From Octopus sinensis (lineage: Eukaryota): a stretch of 64,000 bases of DNA. Below the pieces are notes generated by a model. It had not been told where the DNA came from. It was given only the letters and a program-made list of their open reading frames with translations, and searched no databases. Made by a program: the position numbers and the translations under genes. The stretch is taken from contig NC_043005.1 of assembly GCF_006345805.1 (NCBI RefSeq), forward strand, positions 17,732,001-17,796,000, read 5' to 3'. Shown here one piece after another: positions 61,293 to 64,000 of the stretch. Position 1 is the first letter of the stretch. The number at the start of each line of letters is the position of its first letter.

Positions 61293-61685
61293 CTAGCAGC
61301 ATTACCCGGCGTTGCCCGGGTTTGTTTCGACCTTTTAGAATTGAAATTTTTGAAAAGTAAAAATTTTTGCATTATGTAGCTTGTTATTCTCTTTAAGTGA
61401 ACATTTTTCTGGTTGAAATACACCGAAAAATGGCGACACAGCAGTCAAAAAATCGTTAAAAAATAGGGATTTTCATAGAAAAAAAGCACCTTTTTGATGT
61501 AAATAATTTTTGGTGTTAACATGGTCCGATTTGAAATTTTTCTTCTACGGAGGAAGAGCAAGCCTTCTTCTATCATACTTTCAATTTTGGTCAACTTGCA
61601 CCGCAGGGTCTCGGAGGAGATAGTGTTAGTTGAAGGCTACCAAACCTGCCATACACAGACAACTTCAGCTTTATATATATAGAGA
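61293..61685 (-). mobile_element. Non-autonomous Helitron H3 (393 bp)
   Basis: A|TCTCTATATATATAAAGCTG...CCCGGGCAACGCCGGG...CTAG|T. Confidence 0.85.
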
Positions 61686-62064
61686 TAAACACACTCGCGC
61701 ACACGCGCACATTCCTCACGTACAGACACTGATACAGTTATCATTCCCTCTTTGAGTCCCCCATTCCTATTGGTGGCGCAGGGGGCACTGTCGTAATATG
61801 CAGCGAATCTTGTACAATCAGCCCATCCATCCCTCTACATATCTTACCAGTGCCGATTTCTTCTTCTTCTTCTTCTTCTTCTTCTTCTTCTTCTTCTTCT
61901 TCTTCTTCTTCTTCTTCTTCTTCTCTTCTTCTTCTTCTTCTTCTGCTTCTTATCTTCTTCTTCTTCTTCTTTCTTCTTCTCTTTTTTTTTTTTTTTTCTT
62001 CTTTTTTCTTCTTCTCTTCTTCTTTTCTTCTTCTTCTTCTTCTTTCTTCTTCTTCTTCTTTCTT

Positions 62065-62164
62065 NNNNNNNNNNNNNNNNNNNNNNNNNNNNNNNNNNNN
62101 NNNNNNNNNNNNNNNNNNNNNNNNNNNNNNNNNNNNNNNNNNNNNNNNNNNNNNNNNNNNNNNN
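62065..62164. other. Assembly gap (100 N) after a (CTT)n array (61858-62064)
   Basis: Seen directly. Confidence 1.
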
Positions 62165-63674
62165 ACACAACTTAAATTCACCAAGACTATTCATTACCAG
62201 TAGCGATAACTATTATGACAAGATAAACGCCTCCAAATGTTTTTTTTTTTTTTTTGCGGGCAAGGAATGGGTGACAAAGACTAAAAGTTAATTGGATATA
62301 ATGAGGGCATGACTGTACATCATCAGTTTGTTCGTTTACCGGTACATGATTAATGTGACAAGTATTATCTTGTTGTGTCACGAATTCGCATCAAGACTCT
62401 TGCAAACCAAATGCAAAAACAAGCACTACCGCTGACAGAAATATGTGTCTTATACTATAAAGGAATTGACAGGCTAAGCAAGGAGTGTATGTGAAAGAGC
62501 TCCTATGAGCTAGCTCAAAGATGAAATAAGACTCTTCACAGATATTCTTTTCTACTCTAGACACAAGGCCCGAAATTTTTGGGGAGGGCGCCACTCGGTT
62601 AGATCGACCCCAGTACGCAACTGGTACTCAATTTATCAACTTTGAAAGGATGAAAGGCAAAGTCGACCTCTGCGGAATTTGAACTCAAAACGTAAAGACA
62701 GACGAAACACCACTAAGCATTTCTCCCGGCGTGCTAACGTTTCTGCCAGCTCGCCGCTTACTTTTCGTAGATGTTAAAAGCATTCTTTTATAGAATGATA
62801 CTAGGTTTTGGTCTCTATTACAAGCCATATAACTAATCCAAGTTTGAAATTTCAAGTACCGAATCAGATAATGACTTCTCTTATTACCATTATCAGGAGT
62901 TTTTTTGAATTAGCAATGCAGCTATTCATAAAAGAAAATTACTGCAGTGTTTGTTTTCAATCATGGAAAGAACTGGAATAAAAATCGATAGTGGGATATA
63001 CAACATGCTCCTTCAATATTTCTGAATCTATTTCAAGAGATTACAAGATTTACAGAATCATAAATTTGAATTACGATTGTGAAAAACTCCTCCTTAATAC
63101 GAAATCAAATGAAGTTTTTTGATTCGTTTCTGCACGAGTTAATTCTGTTACAATAAGATACAACTTTGATCTTCGTTAAGTTTCTCAACACAGATGTTTT
63201 TTTATATGCTAACAGTCCACCAGATTAATTTACGTGTAGCAACTTGTGGCTATATACGCCGACGCGGTCTCCATTCGCAATAAGCAACAGCTACATTGTA
63301 TCGAAGAACATAGAAACATACGCTGTATTAAAGAACATCTTAATAGTAGATTTAGTAAGGAACGTATCAAGTTCGTATCAGTTTTGCAAACGGTAGAAGC
63401 TTCGATAAGATTTTATTCGCCACTTGCAGTTATCCATCTCTAATCAATAAAGCTGGATTAGAATTGATAAATGAACTAAGTAAAGGTCAATCTTTAACAA
63501 TGTAAATGGAATATGTCTTACGTATCGCAACAATTTCTCGAGTAGGTTAAAGAGGAAAATTAAGTTGAGTGTGCGTGTGCGTCTATGTTGCATGTGTATA
63601 TGTGTGTGCGTATGTGTGCGCGCGTGTGTAAGCATATATATGTTGTATATGTATGTGTCTGTCTGTCTGTCTGC

Positions 63675-63748
<74 letters not shown>

Positions 63749-63850
63749 GAATATATAGATTGTTAGTCACTAAACCTTACCACATGGCCATATAGTTAAA
63801 TAAATTATATATACACACACACAAATATATATATATATATATATATATAA

Positions 63851-64000
63851 GAGTTCGGCCATGGGCTCTTAAAGAGCCGCCTCGTTCAAATTGCTTTGTT
63901 GCGCCTCTGTTCTGTTTTGTTCTGCCAACGGAATTCCTTTTTTTTTTTTTTTTTTTTTACCTGATGAGAAAGCCACAATATGGTATCCTTATTTAATCAA
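63851..64000 (+). mobile_element. Diverged relative of the palindromic PLE 3' region, with partial HHR (runs off the window)
   Basis: Aligns to 48481-48610; CUGAUGA at 63961-67 followed by GAAAGCCACAATATGG; preceded by (TA)n. Confidence 0.8.

Noticed and set aside
61741-62203. Poly-Glu/Lys/Arg ORFs
   Set aside because: (CTT)n repeat running into the N gap.

Overview
Eukaryotic, AT-rich, microsatellite- and SINE-dense animal DNA. The SINE families look like those of an octopod cephalopod; that assignment is my recognition, not a database result. One protein-coding gene can be built by hand on the + strand: an EFHB/CFAP21 (EF-hand domain family member B) orthologue. It has 11 candidate coding exons (284..44806), all GT-AG and phase-consistent, giving about 607 aa. 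Exons 4-11 are well supported; exons 1-3 less so. Exons 2 and 3 are a tandemly duplicated micro-exon pair. The rest is repeats: at least six short retroelement families, canonical TC...CTAG Helitrons, and decayed mariner, Tc1, Tigger and maT (DD37D) elements. There are also hAT, piggyBac-like and 8-bp-TSD MITEs, an RTE LINE end, simple repeats and a 100-N gap. The most unusual signal is Penelope-like (PLE) retroelement biology, with about 11 hammerhead-ribozyme (HHR) motifs from several unrelated families. (i) A ~3-kb palindrome (45596-48713) is made of two head-to-head copies of a 5'-truncated PLE. The consensus of its arms restores an open GIY-YIG endonuclease frame, and each outer end carries an HHR motif. 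(ii) A tRNA-headed (Pol III box A/B) short element ends in a minimal HHR; one insertion is an inverted dimer inside a single 13-bp TSD. (iii) Several short HHR-bearing elements are embedded in (TA)n. Most long ORFs in the supplied track are artefacts of low-complexity DNA. There is no CRISPR array, rRNA or genuine tRNA gene.
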